Shown here: one piece after another, positions 16,035 through 29,201 of the stretch
How the letters are laid out: each line of letters opens with the position of its first letter
How positions within the stretch are numbered: the first letter of the stretch is position 1
Origin: Kudoa neothunni
Taxonomy: Eukaryota; Animalia; Cnidaria
NCBI GenBank assembly: GCA_964304625.1
Contig: OZ199838.1
Coordinates: 7,148,035-7,212,034, forward strand
DNA length: 64,000 nucleotides
Direction: 5' to 3'
Made by a program: the position numbers and the translations under genes
The notes under the pieces: model-generated
The model's database searches: none
What the model saw: only the letters and a program-made list of their open reading frames with translations
What the model was told of the DNA's origin: nothing

Positions 16035-17346
16035 CTCTATACTGAAGTTAGACGCTTATCGAACGGAAATTGTCTAAGGAGGTTCATGAAGTGATTTGAT
16101 CAGGTGAACGAATTCTTAAAAGACAAACTTGAGATGAACTATCTGACCACAAACGACGGGAATGTCTCTGTGGGTTATTCAACAGACATTTTTGAGAGAT
16201 TTCGCACTTTAGATTCCAAACTTCAAGGAAAATATATAACTCTTGCTGATGTAAAAGCAAAAATTTTTGGATTCATTGCGTTACCCGAACTTAGCCATAA
16301 AAATGCGTCTCAGTGTGTTTTTGGTCGTTTTAATTGACTAAGTAAATGAGAAATATTGTTATACTTTACAAATAATTACAAACCATGTAAATATGCCGAT
16401 AGTGGACTTTAATGGCAGATTTTTTGATTTAAAAGAGATAATTCTTCCTACTTGGCTAACTCAACCGTTTCTGGCGGATGTTTCTGAAGCTAAGTTTTGG
16501 TATCAACCAGAACTGATTGAAATACAACAAGACAAACGCACAAATACGTTAAATAAGCTCAAAGGAATGGATATATGGATTTTAAACGATGTTGAAAAGA
16601 AATACTCATCTATCTCCATTGCAGATAAAGAAATGTTAAATTCTTTCCTTCCAGTATACATGGTGGAATTTGAATTCAGTGTGGCTGGAAATTGACTAAA
16701 TACCAGAAGAAACCATCGGCATTACGAGAAGAGGATACTTAAGTCTTGCTTTAACAGAATTTTCTTCGCGAATAAAGGACTTGTGTCGTCAACGACAAGG
16801 GCAGAGATCTCAATAAACAAATATGTATGAATTTTGATTTAGAGATTATCTAATAAATACTTGAGTTTTATATATTTTTCTCGTAGGTGAACTTTATTAG
16901 TCAGCTCATAATGACTCAACGTATAATTAGTATTGTTTGATGGTGGTTGTGATACTTTTCTTTTAGACGCATTTGGAAATTTATGATGAATACACCTTGT
17001 ATTAGTTTATTTAAAATTATGTTTAATATTTAGAAAAAATCTAATAATATATCATAAAATGTTCTACCAATAATATGGAAAAATAACAAAACCCCTTTTT
17101 AAACGTTGGATGAAAACAATTATTATATCAACGCTTGTCAAAAATAAAACAATATTCAAATTGATTCAATATTTTCAAGCTTTTAAGTACATTCTTTTCA
17201 AATATCTATATTGATTATTTAATCAAAAAACGTTTAAAGTCCACATGCTTATTATTATTATTATTATTGACTGTATGTTTATGTGATAAGGCACCGAGAT
17301 TTTTTTATCAACAAGTGGGGCGTGAATAAAAGGTTTAAAATCACTG
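16035..17346 (+). mobile_element. 3' half of a second hAT-Charlie element
   Basis: Begins at LYTEVRRLS; continues KLQGKYITL, FLPVYMVEFEFS. Right end GGTTTAAAATCACTG followed by TTCTAATG. Confidence 0.8.
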
Positions 17347-18065
17347 TTCTAATGTGAAAGCATTTAGGGTAAAATTATCATTTTTCCATAGTCAAATGAA
17401 AAAATTGTTTTTCGAATCTGAAGTGATGCGAAAATTATAAAAAAGAAACAAATAGTCCCTTTTCAAGTTTATTTTCCTTAAATATAATTGTGGATTTGAA
17501 TAAACAGTTCCACAAACGTTTCTTCGACCTCGATACACATTCTTCTGAAATAAGTACATTCCAAAATCTTTTTGATTCTATTATCGAAAAATTTCCATCA
17601 GAATTACAAATGGAAGTGATTGATTTACAAGCCAATGAGCAAATAGAAAGACAAATTTAAAACTTTAGATCTAGTTGAATTTTATAAAAGCCTCCCTACA
17701 GGTGAATATCCCTAATCTAAAAAGTTGTATCGAGAATATATTTCTGTTTTTAGAATTATACATTCATGTGAACAGACCTCAATAACGAAATATACTAATA
17801 ACCGCCACAGAACAGGACTCAGTCGTCAGATAAACATTTCAATGCATTGATTATGATTGGAACTACTCATTTGGTACCGCTGTGGGATAAACTTTTATCA
17901 GGTATGAACCAATTTCATGTTTCACATTTAAACACAAAATAAATAATTTTGTTATATTATTTTTATATCAGATTTTTGAGAAAAAAACATTTTTTTTAAT
18001 CCGGACTTCAAAGCTTGTGAAAATTTCAAATATGGTCTACCAGTTAAAAACTTTGGTGATTTCTG
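17347..18065 (+). mobile_element. 3' end of a third hAT (GTF2IRD2-like) element
   Basis: VKAFRVKLSFF, PSELQMEVIDLQANE, LVEFYKSLPTGEYP remnants. Right end ACTTTGGTGATTTCTG followed by ATCTAGAT. Confidence 0.75.
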
Positions 18066-18349
18066 ATCTAGATGTTATACACATCTGTGTGTATATAAAG
18101 TCCACGATGTATGTGTTCGCAGTAACATATGTTTCGTAACATTCAGAAATCATTGAACATAGGAATTTATAAAAAGAACGAATAAAAAAAATTATATATT
18201 AGATTAATTTTTTTGAAAAAATAAGTATATTATTTAAACATAACTTTAACGTTTTTATGAGTTGAACGATTAGATGCCCACAAACATAACGATTGGAATA
18301 GTAATTTAATGAATGCACAAGCACTAGACGGTTGTTGAGTAATCGGCAT

Positions 18350-18780
18350 GAGTGATTTCAGCGATTTTAATAATGAATGTGATTCATATGGTAGTGAATA
18401 TGACGATTTTGTTAACGAAGACTTTAAAATCAATAAAGATGGCACAAAAGAGGGTTTAATTCACAATAATCTTTAGTAAGTACAAGTGGTATCACTTGGA
18501 GTAATACAAGACAGCCTGCAACAAAAACCACTGCCGTAAATATTAAGAAATCTATTCCTGACTTAAATTCATACGCATTATTAAAGCTAAAAACATTTGT
18601 CGGTTGTTTTTGCTTTTTTTCAACGAAGAGATATGTTCAACAATCATAAAGTACATTAATATGTTTGGTTGGAAATATTTCAAAGACGAATAGTCCGATG
18701 TGGACAGCGTTAAATTCAAAGGTTACTTGAGTTTTCTTATATTGACGGGAACGCATAAGAATCGATATGTAACATGAATG
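18350..18780 (+). mobile_element. piggyBac (PGBD-like) transposase N-terminal remnant
   Basis: Acidic N-terminus, then FFNEEICSTIIKYIN and DVDSVKFKGYLSFLILTG, resembling the start of the piggyBac DDE_Tnp_1_7 domain. Many stops. Confidence 0.6.
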
Positions 18781-18818
18781 TGAGACTCATTGTAAACGAA
18801 AGCAAAGATACTTTAGAC

Positions 18819-20068
18819 TATAGGTTCTCAACAGGGGATAAATTTTAAAAGTCAGGGAGTAAATTATGTGGTATACAAGTTGGATTCGAAAAATTTTAGC
18901 ATGATGCCATTCGTTACGTAACTGAGGCTGCCTAAGGAGTTATATTATTTGGGGGCATTAAACTCAACTAAGATTTTCACAGAAATGCTTTAAATATTTG
19001 TAGGAATAGGTATTTAACAACTTATATAAACGTGGATTTAGTCCCTTCCTCTTATACCTTGTTCGCCCGTTAGAAATGTAGCTTCATAACCTTTTTAATG
19101 GTGCGATTATGAGTTTCAGAAAACGACCACGCTATATAATACCTCGTTATACAGTGTATCTGTGCACAGATTTGGCCGGGTGATAGATATAAAACTGTCT
19201 GCTCCCATATTTTAGAATGTCTAAGAAACGTTCATACCTAGATTCGTATGTAAAGTATGAGTAAAATTTCATTATTGTGGATGGAATGGAAAACCCCCTA
19301 TGCTTGTGTTTAAAAATCCTTGGAAATGGATCAATGAAACCATCGTCACTCAAACATCTGGAATCTTCACACCCTACCCACGCTTCTGATGACCAAATAA
19401 TATTTGGAATGAAGAGAACTAAATATAGAGCTGGAGGTACATTGACAAAATTTAATTTCGTACAAGAGAAGGAACCAACCCTTACAACTTCTTACCTTGT
19501 AGCGCAGCGAATAGCGAAGGCAAAAAACTTCACGACACCGCCGAAAAGCTCATTAAACCTTGTGTTCTAGATATGTTTGAACTTATATGTGGAAAAGAGC
19601 AAAACAGAAAATTCAAGTTGTTTCACTCTTAAACGACACCATTAATAGACGTATCACTGAAATGTTTCAAGATATTTGTGAACAAGTAATTGATCAGATT
19701 GAATCCAGCCCAACAAGAATTTCTTTGCAAATGGATGAGTCTCATGATACAGTCAATTTTTTCTGAACTTCTTGTTTTTGTTTGATACGTTGGCGGAAAG
19801 TTGGTAAAAAACACAAAAGCTGTTGATGTAATAGAAAAAATGGATGATTTTTTCCAAAGATATGGTTTATCGTGGGAAATGGTTGGTTCAATCTGTACAG
19901 ACGGGGCTCGAGCTATGATGGGAGTGAAGTTGGGCTTCACTGCACCTATAAAGCAAAAAGCATCTCATGTAAGAACAACGCATTGTGTTCCTCATAGGCA
20001 TGCTTTGGTCTTAAAAAATCTCCCGGATGAATTCAAAATTGTCATGCAGAAAGTTGTTGATGTCGTAA
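18819..20068 (+). mobile_element. 5' half of a hAT-Charlie (ZBED8/FAM200-like) element, truncated by a MULE
   Basis: Left end TATAGGTTCTCAAC after CTTTAGAC. MSKKRSYLDSYVKY, BED-like PLCLCLKILGNGSMKPSSL, SLQMDES, SICTDGARAMMG, THCVPHRHAL. Confidence 0.85.
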
Positions 20069-21500
20069 ACTACCCGGCAAGAACTCGCCGAACTACTGCG
20101 CGAGTTTATTTTTGGTTATATCTATTGTAAAGTTAAAAATATGAGTAACGAGTTGCCTTCGAACTTAAATTATAAGAGTTTTGAAACTCAAAGAGACAGT
20201 TTTAAAATTATTTTTGAAAGTTATTTTTTTGTTAAGGATTACGCCACAACGACTTGTCAATATTGGCTATGTGAAAAGAGGGCTTGTAAGGGCAGGCTTA
20301 CAACTACTCCATTAGATAAAATTTCGAATATTGAAAAACGTGATAGTCAACCATATTGTAAGCGACGATGACATTAAGAGGGCAGAATTTGTTGGCACAA
20401 TAAAATCATTATCGCAATCTACACAATAAATATTCATGATTTACCCCTTGTTCTCAAGAAAAAGGTTTATAAAAATATTCAACACCAAAGAAAGAGGGAA
20501 AATATTTTAATTAATACAGATGTTGGTCTATCCAAATCAGGAATTAAAACTCATAGGGACGAAGAGTTCTGCTTATATGACTCTGGTTCGCAATCTAAGT
20601 CTAGGATGATTATATTTACGACTAAAACTAATATAATACATCTTAGTAATTCGTTAATTTGGATTGCAGACGGGACGTTTAACGTAGTACCCAAACAATT
20701 TTACCAACTTATATAATGCACGGGAAAATTTGTGGTAAAGTGCTTCCACTAATTTATATTTTGATGTCGAATAAAACCCAGATTGATTACGAGAAAATCC
20801 TTTGTATTTTAACTGAAAACGTGAATGTCAATTTCCCTGATAACATTATTTTAGATATGGAATTAGCTGTTATGAATGCTTTTAAAAAAGCATCAAAATT
20901 ATCTAGCATATATTTATGTTTGTTTCATTTAGGATAGTTCTTCGGAGAAAAATACGGAAATTGGGACATACAGATATATATATATATATATATACTAACA
21001 ATCCAAACATTAATTTATTGCTTAAATGTTGTTCATCCTTATCATTTGTTCCTGTTGCAAAGGTAGTGAAGAATTTGAAAAATTGAAGTCAAAAACGTTA
21101 ACCTATGAAAACAAGAAACTAAATTAATTCGTAAATTACTTCGAAGAGAATTTTATTATTTCGTCAAAATATCCCATTCAATATTGGAACGCATACGAAA
21201 GAGTGAAATACAATATTGACAACCACTAATGCCTCGGAACTGTTCCACCCCCATTTTCAAAATAGATTTGAACAATCCCACTTTAGTCTAGAGACGTTTG
21301 TTAAAAAACTCAAAGAAACCCAAAGATTGATGGAACAAGATATCAACTATGTCTTATGCAATCCAAATGTAAGTAAAAAATCCAAATATCAATGCAAAAT
21401 GGAAAAAATTTGGAATATTTGTGGAAATTATTATGGTTACATTTCAACTTATTTTGTGGAATCTATTATAAAAACTTATAATTTAAAATATAATAAAATC
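20069..21500 (+). mobile_element. Decayed Mutator-like (MULE) transposase with FLYWCH domain
   Basis: YWLCEKRACKGRLTT (FLYWCH), WIADGTFNVVPKQFYQL, DMELAVMNAF, CLFHLG, TTNASELFH. Stops and frameshifts; ends not resolved. Confidence 0.85.
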
Positions 21501-21643
21501 TTGTTATTTTATTCGAGAAGTATAAATAATGGTATATTTTCTTATCTTGCGCATGCATCATGTGGAACAATTTCAGTGTTTTATTCAATAACGGAATATA
21601 ATAGAAATTAGAAAGTATCAATTAGTCCCTGTTAAATATATTA

Positions 21644-22340
21644 CAGAAAATAGCCTATAATACGCACTAAAACTGCGTGTGCGGTTAATTTTTCTGTTTT
21701 CTTTATTTTACAGCATGGGTATTACATCTTTTATTTAAATAGAATAACAAATAAACATTATTAATATTATATGGATGAGAAATAACCTGAAATTTTTGTT
21801 TAACTCATATTTATTGATATAATATTTATATCCTATTTCACTGGGAAAAAATTTGGTGAATGGCCAGTTCCTAAAAATTAAAAATACCATTTTATTTCTT
21901 ATTCATCTTTTGGCGCAATATGTAACAGTTCTTTTTTATTTGTATCCTAAAATCCCTATTAATGTACATCTATAACGTTCTTTAATTGGTAACTAACATT
22001 GTCTCGAAACAAAATTTATTCTATTTTCATTTCCATGAAAATGATCATTTTTTGATAGATATCTCAAAAAACTTTCTCTTATCGTTCAAATATTCAACCG
22101 TCAGAATTAAAATTTTTCCCTCGTTAAAAAAAAACAATTTAATCTACGTGGTTTGGCCGAAAAAGTGCGTGTTATCTGGCAGTCACGTGATATACCGATT
22201 GGTAATTTCCTAATTTGCTTGAAAAATATTTTTAAGATTTTTATCTTTTTATAATCACAAAAATATTTTAAAACGTTTTATTTAATATAAACTTTGAATA
22301 CATCGTATCGATGAAAATGCGTAATATCGGCTGCCTACTG
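21644..22340. mobile_element. pogo-type MITE
   Basis: TA-flanked degenerate inverted ends CAGAAAATAGCCTATAATACGCA / TGCGTAATATCGGCTGCCTACTG. Confidence 0.5.
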
Positions 22341-22921
22341 TAATCACTAAAAATTAAAATATCGTCATAAACGTAATTATATTACTAAAAAGGAGTTTCT
22401 ATTTCCAACTTATATGTTAAATCAATAATTTACTTTAAAAAATGAATAGTATATCATCGTATAATTTTTTAAGTAAATACCAACTGAAAGAAAGTTAGAC
22501 ACAAACATGATGCATTAAAAATGTCACCAGGAGTTTCAACAGTTTATGCAGCTTATTACGTTAGCAGAGTTGAAAAAATAATTTCAAGCACGAAAAAGCA
22601 AAGCAAATTATCTCTCAAAGTCATTTTAATGCGTCAAACAAAAACGTCAGTATCTTCAATCCTAATATCTAATTTGTAACCACAATAAAATAATCAAAAT
22701 AAGCTCCATATAATTGATTGTTTATCCGGTTTAAATTCAAAAATCTAATGTATTTTTAAGTATATAGGTATAATGCATCAAAATTTTCGCGCAAAACAAT
22801 CAACAACAATCTCGATTTGATCACAATTGAGCGTTATAAAATTATAACCAAAAAATCTAGACAATACAATAACAATTATGAATTAAGAATCCATGTGAAA
22901 ACAACAATAAAGTCCCATTGG

Positions 22922-24252
22922 CTAAAGACTGGAGAGACGATTGATCAACAGAGTGACACTCTGACAAAAGTTTTTGTTGATTAACTCGTTTACAGTCGAA
23001 TCGATGGCATTTTTGGCATCAACCTTACCCACTTTTTCCTTTGTGATTTCCTCGGTGTTTTCAACCTCATTATCAACGATCTGGAATTGTAATTTAAAAA
23101 ATCAGTTTATATTAATTGGACGATCTACTGTTTTGAACGGTTTGGATAACTCTAATAATTCCCTGAGAGATTGGTCATTTTTTTCCACATGTTCAGCTTC
23201 ATCCGGAAGACTTCTCACATTTGGCCATTCAGATTTATTCAAAAAGTTAAGTATCTAGGTTTGATTAGTCATTCACATTGTTTGACACAAAAATACGCGA
23301 TGTTCTTCTGGAGATATATCAAAACAGATATTGAGATTATAATAGTATCGCGTGGGGTTAGAAACAAGTGAAGAATATGTGGCTTTTGGCGATCGTATAC
23401 ACTCATTGCTTGTAGTTTGACGAACCTCAAATCCTCCAAAGATTGCACCAGAATTTTTTTCTCCAGTCGAACGAAAAGCTTCAATAACAATCTAACAGGC
23501 GTTGAAACTATCCCGAACTAAGCCTAAATATGAAGATACCTTTCCTTTAACACTTTGCACCGGATCAATAACTACTGATACACTTCGACTCAATTCTTTC
23601 TCAAACACTTGTGCAGTAGAAACATCCGTTGTTGATAACCAACAGCCGAATCCAGGGTGTGAATGATACCAACCCACTACACTCTCTTTTCTACAATATG
23701 AGAGTCAGAAATAATTATCCCCCTAAGATCAACTTTTCACCTTCCAGTTGCACTCAACATCTGCATTATTTCTGTCTGAAAAACTGGGTCGATAGATTCA
23801 ACATTAATTCCCTAAATTTGTAAAAATTAATAACCAACTCACAACTCCATCAATGAAATAGATTAAAATTTATTATTACAGTGGCTTGTTGAGGCATCCA
23901 AAAAACATCGACAACTTGAATCTTATAATCATCAACAATAGATCCTAACATCAAACCCATAACTTCAAGTGGTATTCCTTGCTTGGCTAAATATTATAGT
24001 TAGTCAATTTTAATAGTTAGTAAAAAATTCCAACCATGTCTAGCCATCTAAATTATTTCTGTTAAAAAAGTTAATTAAGTTTAATTACTTTGATAAGGGC
24101 AAGTGGGGCAATGTAAACTGTTTCAGACGTGTCCATTGCGTCGTTCGGAGTAGAAAGCTGAACCAAATTCATAATACAAAAATCAATCAATCAATTACGG
24201 ATCCACCACCTAGTTGCGATCCTCGAAGAAGCTTCTCAAAGTTAAATGCCAT
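22922..24252 (-). CDS. PSMD14: 26S proteasome lid deubiquitinase Rpn11/POH1, multi-exon
   Basis: [15 protein letters not shown]|MARH|[19 protein letters not shown]|[14 protein letters not shown]|[22 protein letters not shown] (JAMM motif intact)..DPVQSVKGK|IVIEAFR..RQTTSN..VGKVDAK. Confidence 0.95.
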
Positions 24253-25970
24253 GGCAAAACGAAACTGCGCAAGTTCTCTGCGCAATTTATAAGAATGTTA
24301 TTTTGTGCCGATGTTATTATAGTACGTTGGAGAATTAATTAAAGTAAAATATTTAAAGATTCCTTATTTGTTTGAAAGTTAAAACATGCTGCATATATTG
24401 GTTTTTATTGAACATATAAGAATTGGCCAATTTTTATAGAGGTTGCATTTTTTAGTTTTGAGCCAAGATTTAACATTTAAGGATTTGTCAATTTTTAATC
24501 ATTCGTGATATGTTTCATCCTAAACATTTTAAATCAAAATTTTTGTTTTCACCCTCAATTTTGTACTAATCGAACAAAGCTTATAATAGTGACGGCGAAA
24601 TTGAATAATATTTAATTATTTGGCTAGAGATAAATTAGGTAGTCAATAGGTGTTAATCTACATGAAATCATGCGCAACAGCGCCACTAACTATATAATTT
24701 AAAAGTTTTTACTATTATGTTTAAATCAAATAACAAGGTGGTTTTAGACCGTATAGGATATTTAAATGATTATATAAGATTTGTTGGTATGTGGATAATG
24801 GGAAAGTGTATGATATCTAAAAATCATCATCTTTAGCATGTTTTTCTTGTTCCTCTTTTCAAGATTGTTTATAATGGAACATGAATATCTGACATCGATA
24901 ATTAGTCCATACAAATAATTTCTAAATTTGGACCAAATCTTTATTCAGACCTTGTAAAGGCAACGTAGCCTTGGATTTCCGATTTATTTCACCTTTGTTT
25001 TTTGAATGTACGCATATTCGCAAAAAACTATCGAACATTCAAAAAAATGAAAAAAATAACCTTAGGTGATTTTTGCAAAGAGGCATTCAAATAAATTCTT
25101 TTACAATCAATGGAATATATTATTTAAAATTTAAATATCTCGTAGGAGAAATTCACCAAAGTCTAGTTACAATTATATTTTTTACTATTTCGTTCCTCGA
25201 GCTCGAAAAATAAATTCAAGCTCAAAATAATTTGACAAAAATATATAAAAATAAGCACATTTAAAATTTTCACAATTAATTGCGATACATGGTCTTATCA
25301 TGGTTGTGGATCATTTTGAAATAATTGGAAGCATGTTATGAGTTGGAATTCTGAATACCTAAATTCTTGAGCAGAATTTGATATTAGTGGTGCCATATGC
25401 TTAACTATCTTTAAAATTTTTTGTTAATCAATTTCAAAGAATTTCCAATTTTTGATATTATCTGAATAAATAAAAATTGATTTACTAGACCAGGTGTAAA
25501 TTATAAATGGCAGAGGTAAATTAAGTGTCATCAAAATTAGATAGGGGGAATTTTTGTATAATGCGGTCTGTGACTTACTTAAGGATTTCTAAGGAATTAT
25601 ATTATTCAAAGCTATTAAACACAACTAGGAATGGTGAGAAATTTTCAAAATATTTTTAGGAATAATTTATCAAGCTACCATCAATCCCTTTCTTTTATAT
25701 CTCGCTTATGTTTTTGTGATGTAGCCAAATAATAATTCAGTAAGTGACCGGTTTTACGCACTTTTAGCGCGTGCATTGCAGAAAATTATTCAATTATTTA
25801 TTAAATAACTTAATTAAAATTCGCAAACGTTGGTAAAAACGTTAAATCTTTTTTAAATGAAAGCACAGGCGTTAACCGGGGTTGAGTAATCCCTTCGGTA
25901 TCGCAAAAAAATATGTATGAAATTGGTAACGTCCAGTTTACTCATTTATTCGCGTGCGCATATCTATATA

Positions 25971-27628
25971 CAGTAGGTAACCGATTTTCCGTAATTTATG
26001 CATGCGCGTGAAATAAAATTTATAAGTATTTTAAGAAAATTTATATCATACCATACATACTCACGTATTTTTATTGAAGAAATATGTTATTTTATTTTTA
26101 TACATGTATTTCGTAATTTTGCGATCTAAATTAATTATTTCCTCTAGACAATCAATTCCTCTCTATTGTGTATTTCTTTAGCGTGTTTAAACATTTAAAT
26201 ATATCTTTTGATGATATATATTCCACCACATCCTCATCTTCAATTTCAGTATCACCACAATTTGAATTAGCAGATTCAACAATCGAAGGAGAAGGTTCGT
26301 CAAAGTTTTTTCATGTAGGCATGATGGTTTCCTCTTAGATCATTTCAGAAATTTCAGCTGAGAACTCGCTACTGCTCATATTGCTACTTGATGAATGCTC
26401 GCACTCATCAGCTACAGGAAACCCAGATTTTTTGAAGCCATTAAATATAGTATTCTTTGAAACATTATTCCATCATTTTTTAATTATGAACATGGATTGA
26501 AATAAATCTGGCGGAGATGGATTTATACCACTGCGAGCTGCAACAATATGGCTTTCTATCAAATTATTTTTGTAGTTTGATTTAAGTGAAAAAATTGTTC
26601 CCTGGTCCAAAGGTTGCAAAACGCTACTTGAATTATTTGGGAGGAATAGAAGTGAGATATTAGACAATTGAATTTCTGGGTGGCAAGTTGCATTATCGAG
26701 AAAAGGCAAAACTTTTTTGTTCGTTTTAAAAAAATTATTCAAATTAACAATATATTTCTTAAATATCTCTCCCGTCATCCAAGCCCTCTTATTTAACGCA
26801 TACTTTATTGGAAACGTTTTAACATTCTTAAAACAACGGGGGTTTTTGTGGTGTCCAATAACAAGAGGTTCAATACGATCTCCAGGCATAGAAGCACAAA
26901 GCAAAACGGTGATTCTTTTTTTAGACTTTTTTCTCGATTAGAATTTGTCTCTAGTGACGAAACATAGCTTTTTCCTTAACAATATTAATACATAGGCATT
27001 TAGAGTGATATACCTCTCTGTTGCTGGTAAAACGGCGCAGTTTCGTCTAGATTGTAAATAGAGTCAGCGCCGTAACCTTTGTCTAAGTTATTCAATTTAG
27101 AGTGCCAATTTTCTATAACACTTGATTCAACATAAGCAGCATCACCATGGAAAGTAATATTTCTTAAATTAAATCGGGATTTAAAGCCACGAAACCAACC
27201 ATGGGTCACCGCAACGTTTACGTTCAATTCTTGTGCCAATTGGTTCCCTTTATGTATGATATCGTGAGCAGATAATTCAATTTTTTTCGATCTCAAGGAA
27301 TTCACCCAGTCATACACTAAATTATCGATATCGTTGTTTGTACCTTGTTTAATATCTTTTCTCTTAGAAGAGGCCAAACCCATTTCATAAGATAAAACTA
27401 TATCTTCCTACTTGCTCAAGATGCTATCAAAAGTAGAAATGGAGGGAAGCTTAAATTTACTAATAGTAGTAGTTTTGGCACCTCTGTTAGGTAAACTTTT
27501 GACGAACTTAATAATTTCATATTTTCCTTTGATAATTTATCTATTTTTAAGTTTACCAGGCATTAAAAAGGTAAAAAAACACGCGATGGCAAATTCGCTT
27601 ATAGTCGAAAAGTTCCGGAAAATCGGTC
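25971..27628 (-). mobile_element. Decayed pogo/Tigger element (CENP-B HTH plus DDE_1)
   Basis: HGWFRGFKSRF, NLDETAPFY, FLDNATCH, LQPLDQG (29 residues between the last two D). TA-preceded TIR CAGTAGGTAACCGATTTTCCG; partial inverted copy CGGAAAATCGGT near 27617. Confidence 0.85.
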
Positions 27629-29201
27629 AAGTGCAAAAAATAGGCAAAAAACGCTGTTCCAATGTTTCCTATTTTTAATTGATGAATCGTCTTACACAAT
27701 GATAAAACTTCATTTAGGTACAATTGTTTTATATAAGTATCAAACTAGATATAGTTGTTTATTTAAGAATCAAAAGAAACGTTGTAAAATAGTCACTTGA
27801 AGTTATAGAAACTAAAAGATAGGCATGAAAACAATTTTTCGGGAATTTAATGAAGAAGAATTTTCTGCTTCTCTAAATTTCATGAGTTACATTTTGAAAA
27901 TATTTCCAAACCAGTCCGAAAAAATAATACAAGGATGTTGGGTTATCAAAAATCTTTTAAAAATTTAGAAGAGCAAACAACCGATGGGATGTGATGTGCA
28001 AATAATGTCTTCATGCTAGACAATAAAACACTATCGCATTCCAAAGGTGATATAGTTAAGCTGTTTGTTTATTACTGAGATTTTATTCGGTATTTTAAAA
28101 TAAATTTTGACCAACTTAAAAACAATCAAAAATATAAACGGTAATTAAACATTTTTCTTTTAAAAATATAAAATTTAATTTGATTTATATCTCCAGTTGT
28201 AAAGTTTGCAGAAGAAAATATCCCTTCCTAAATTAATTTTATTGATCTAATGATTGAAGTAGAGGAAATAAATCTTTTAATAAAAAATTTATGAGTTATA
28301 ATATTTAAATTTATTTACGCTTATTGATGAAATAGATTATTGTTAAATATTTATTCAATTAATTCTTAATTTAGAAACTAAAATTATAGTTAGGATGAAT
28401 TCAGAAAAATTGTTGACTTAGTTGAAGATTAGAGATGTAAATTTTTATGGAATTATCAAAACAATCAGAAGAAATAGAATTAGCTCTCCATAAGGTGGCC
28501 TTATTCAAATTCGGGAATTTTTCAATATATCAACCAACCAACCAACCAAATAATGTAATAATTTTAATTTTCCCAGTTAATTATAAATTTACATAATATT
28601 CGGATATATTCTTTAATAATATTATGGATTTTCCAAAAAACTAGCTAGATGTCCAGTTTGAGGTGGCAATGCTAAATTTATCTCTCATAGATTCTAGAGT
28701 TTATCGTGTATCATATTAATATCAATTTAAACTTGTATCGCATTGATTAGATTATAATTAAAAAAAGAACGGTTTAACGTATTGAAAACTGATAAATTGT
28801 TATTCTAACTAATACTTATTGGAGAAAAACAGATCGAATATTTTTCTGATAAATTAAAATGATATTCATTACAAATTATTGAAATTAATTAGCGATCTCG
28901 ATAAATTCCTGAGCATTCTAAATCGAACACCTTAATCTATATTCAAATTTTCTTTCAACAAGCTTATATGACTATAAAGTACTTGATTATAGTTATTATA
29001 ATTTATAAATTCAATAAATTAGAATATTTACGGTTACAATGATAAATAAAATAAATGCTTCAGATTTAACTGCGTTGATCACGTGATAAACGCGCAACTT
29101 TTTCAGTGTGGTTCAACTTTGAAGTTTAAACTACATATAGATATAAATCTAAATTATTTTACTAAATTTTAATTAATTTCAAATATTATCGGAGCTGAAT
29201 T

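Noticed and set aside
24930-25500. Possible Helitron/PIF1 helicase relic on the minus strand (QGYVAFTR, IRPCIAIN)
   Set aside because: Only two short degenerate motif-like matches, with no continuous frame or Helitron termini.
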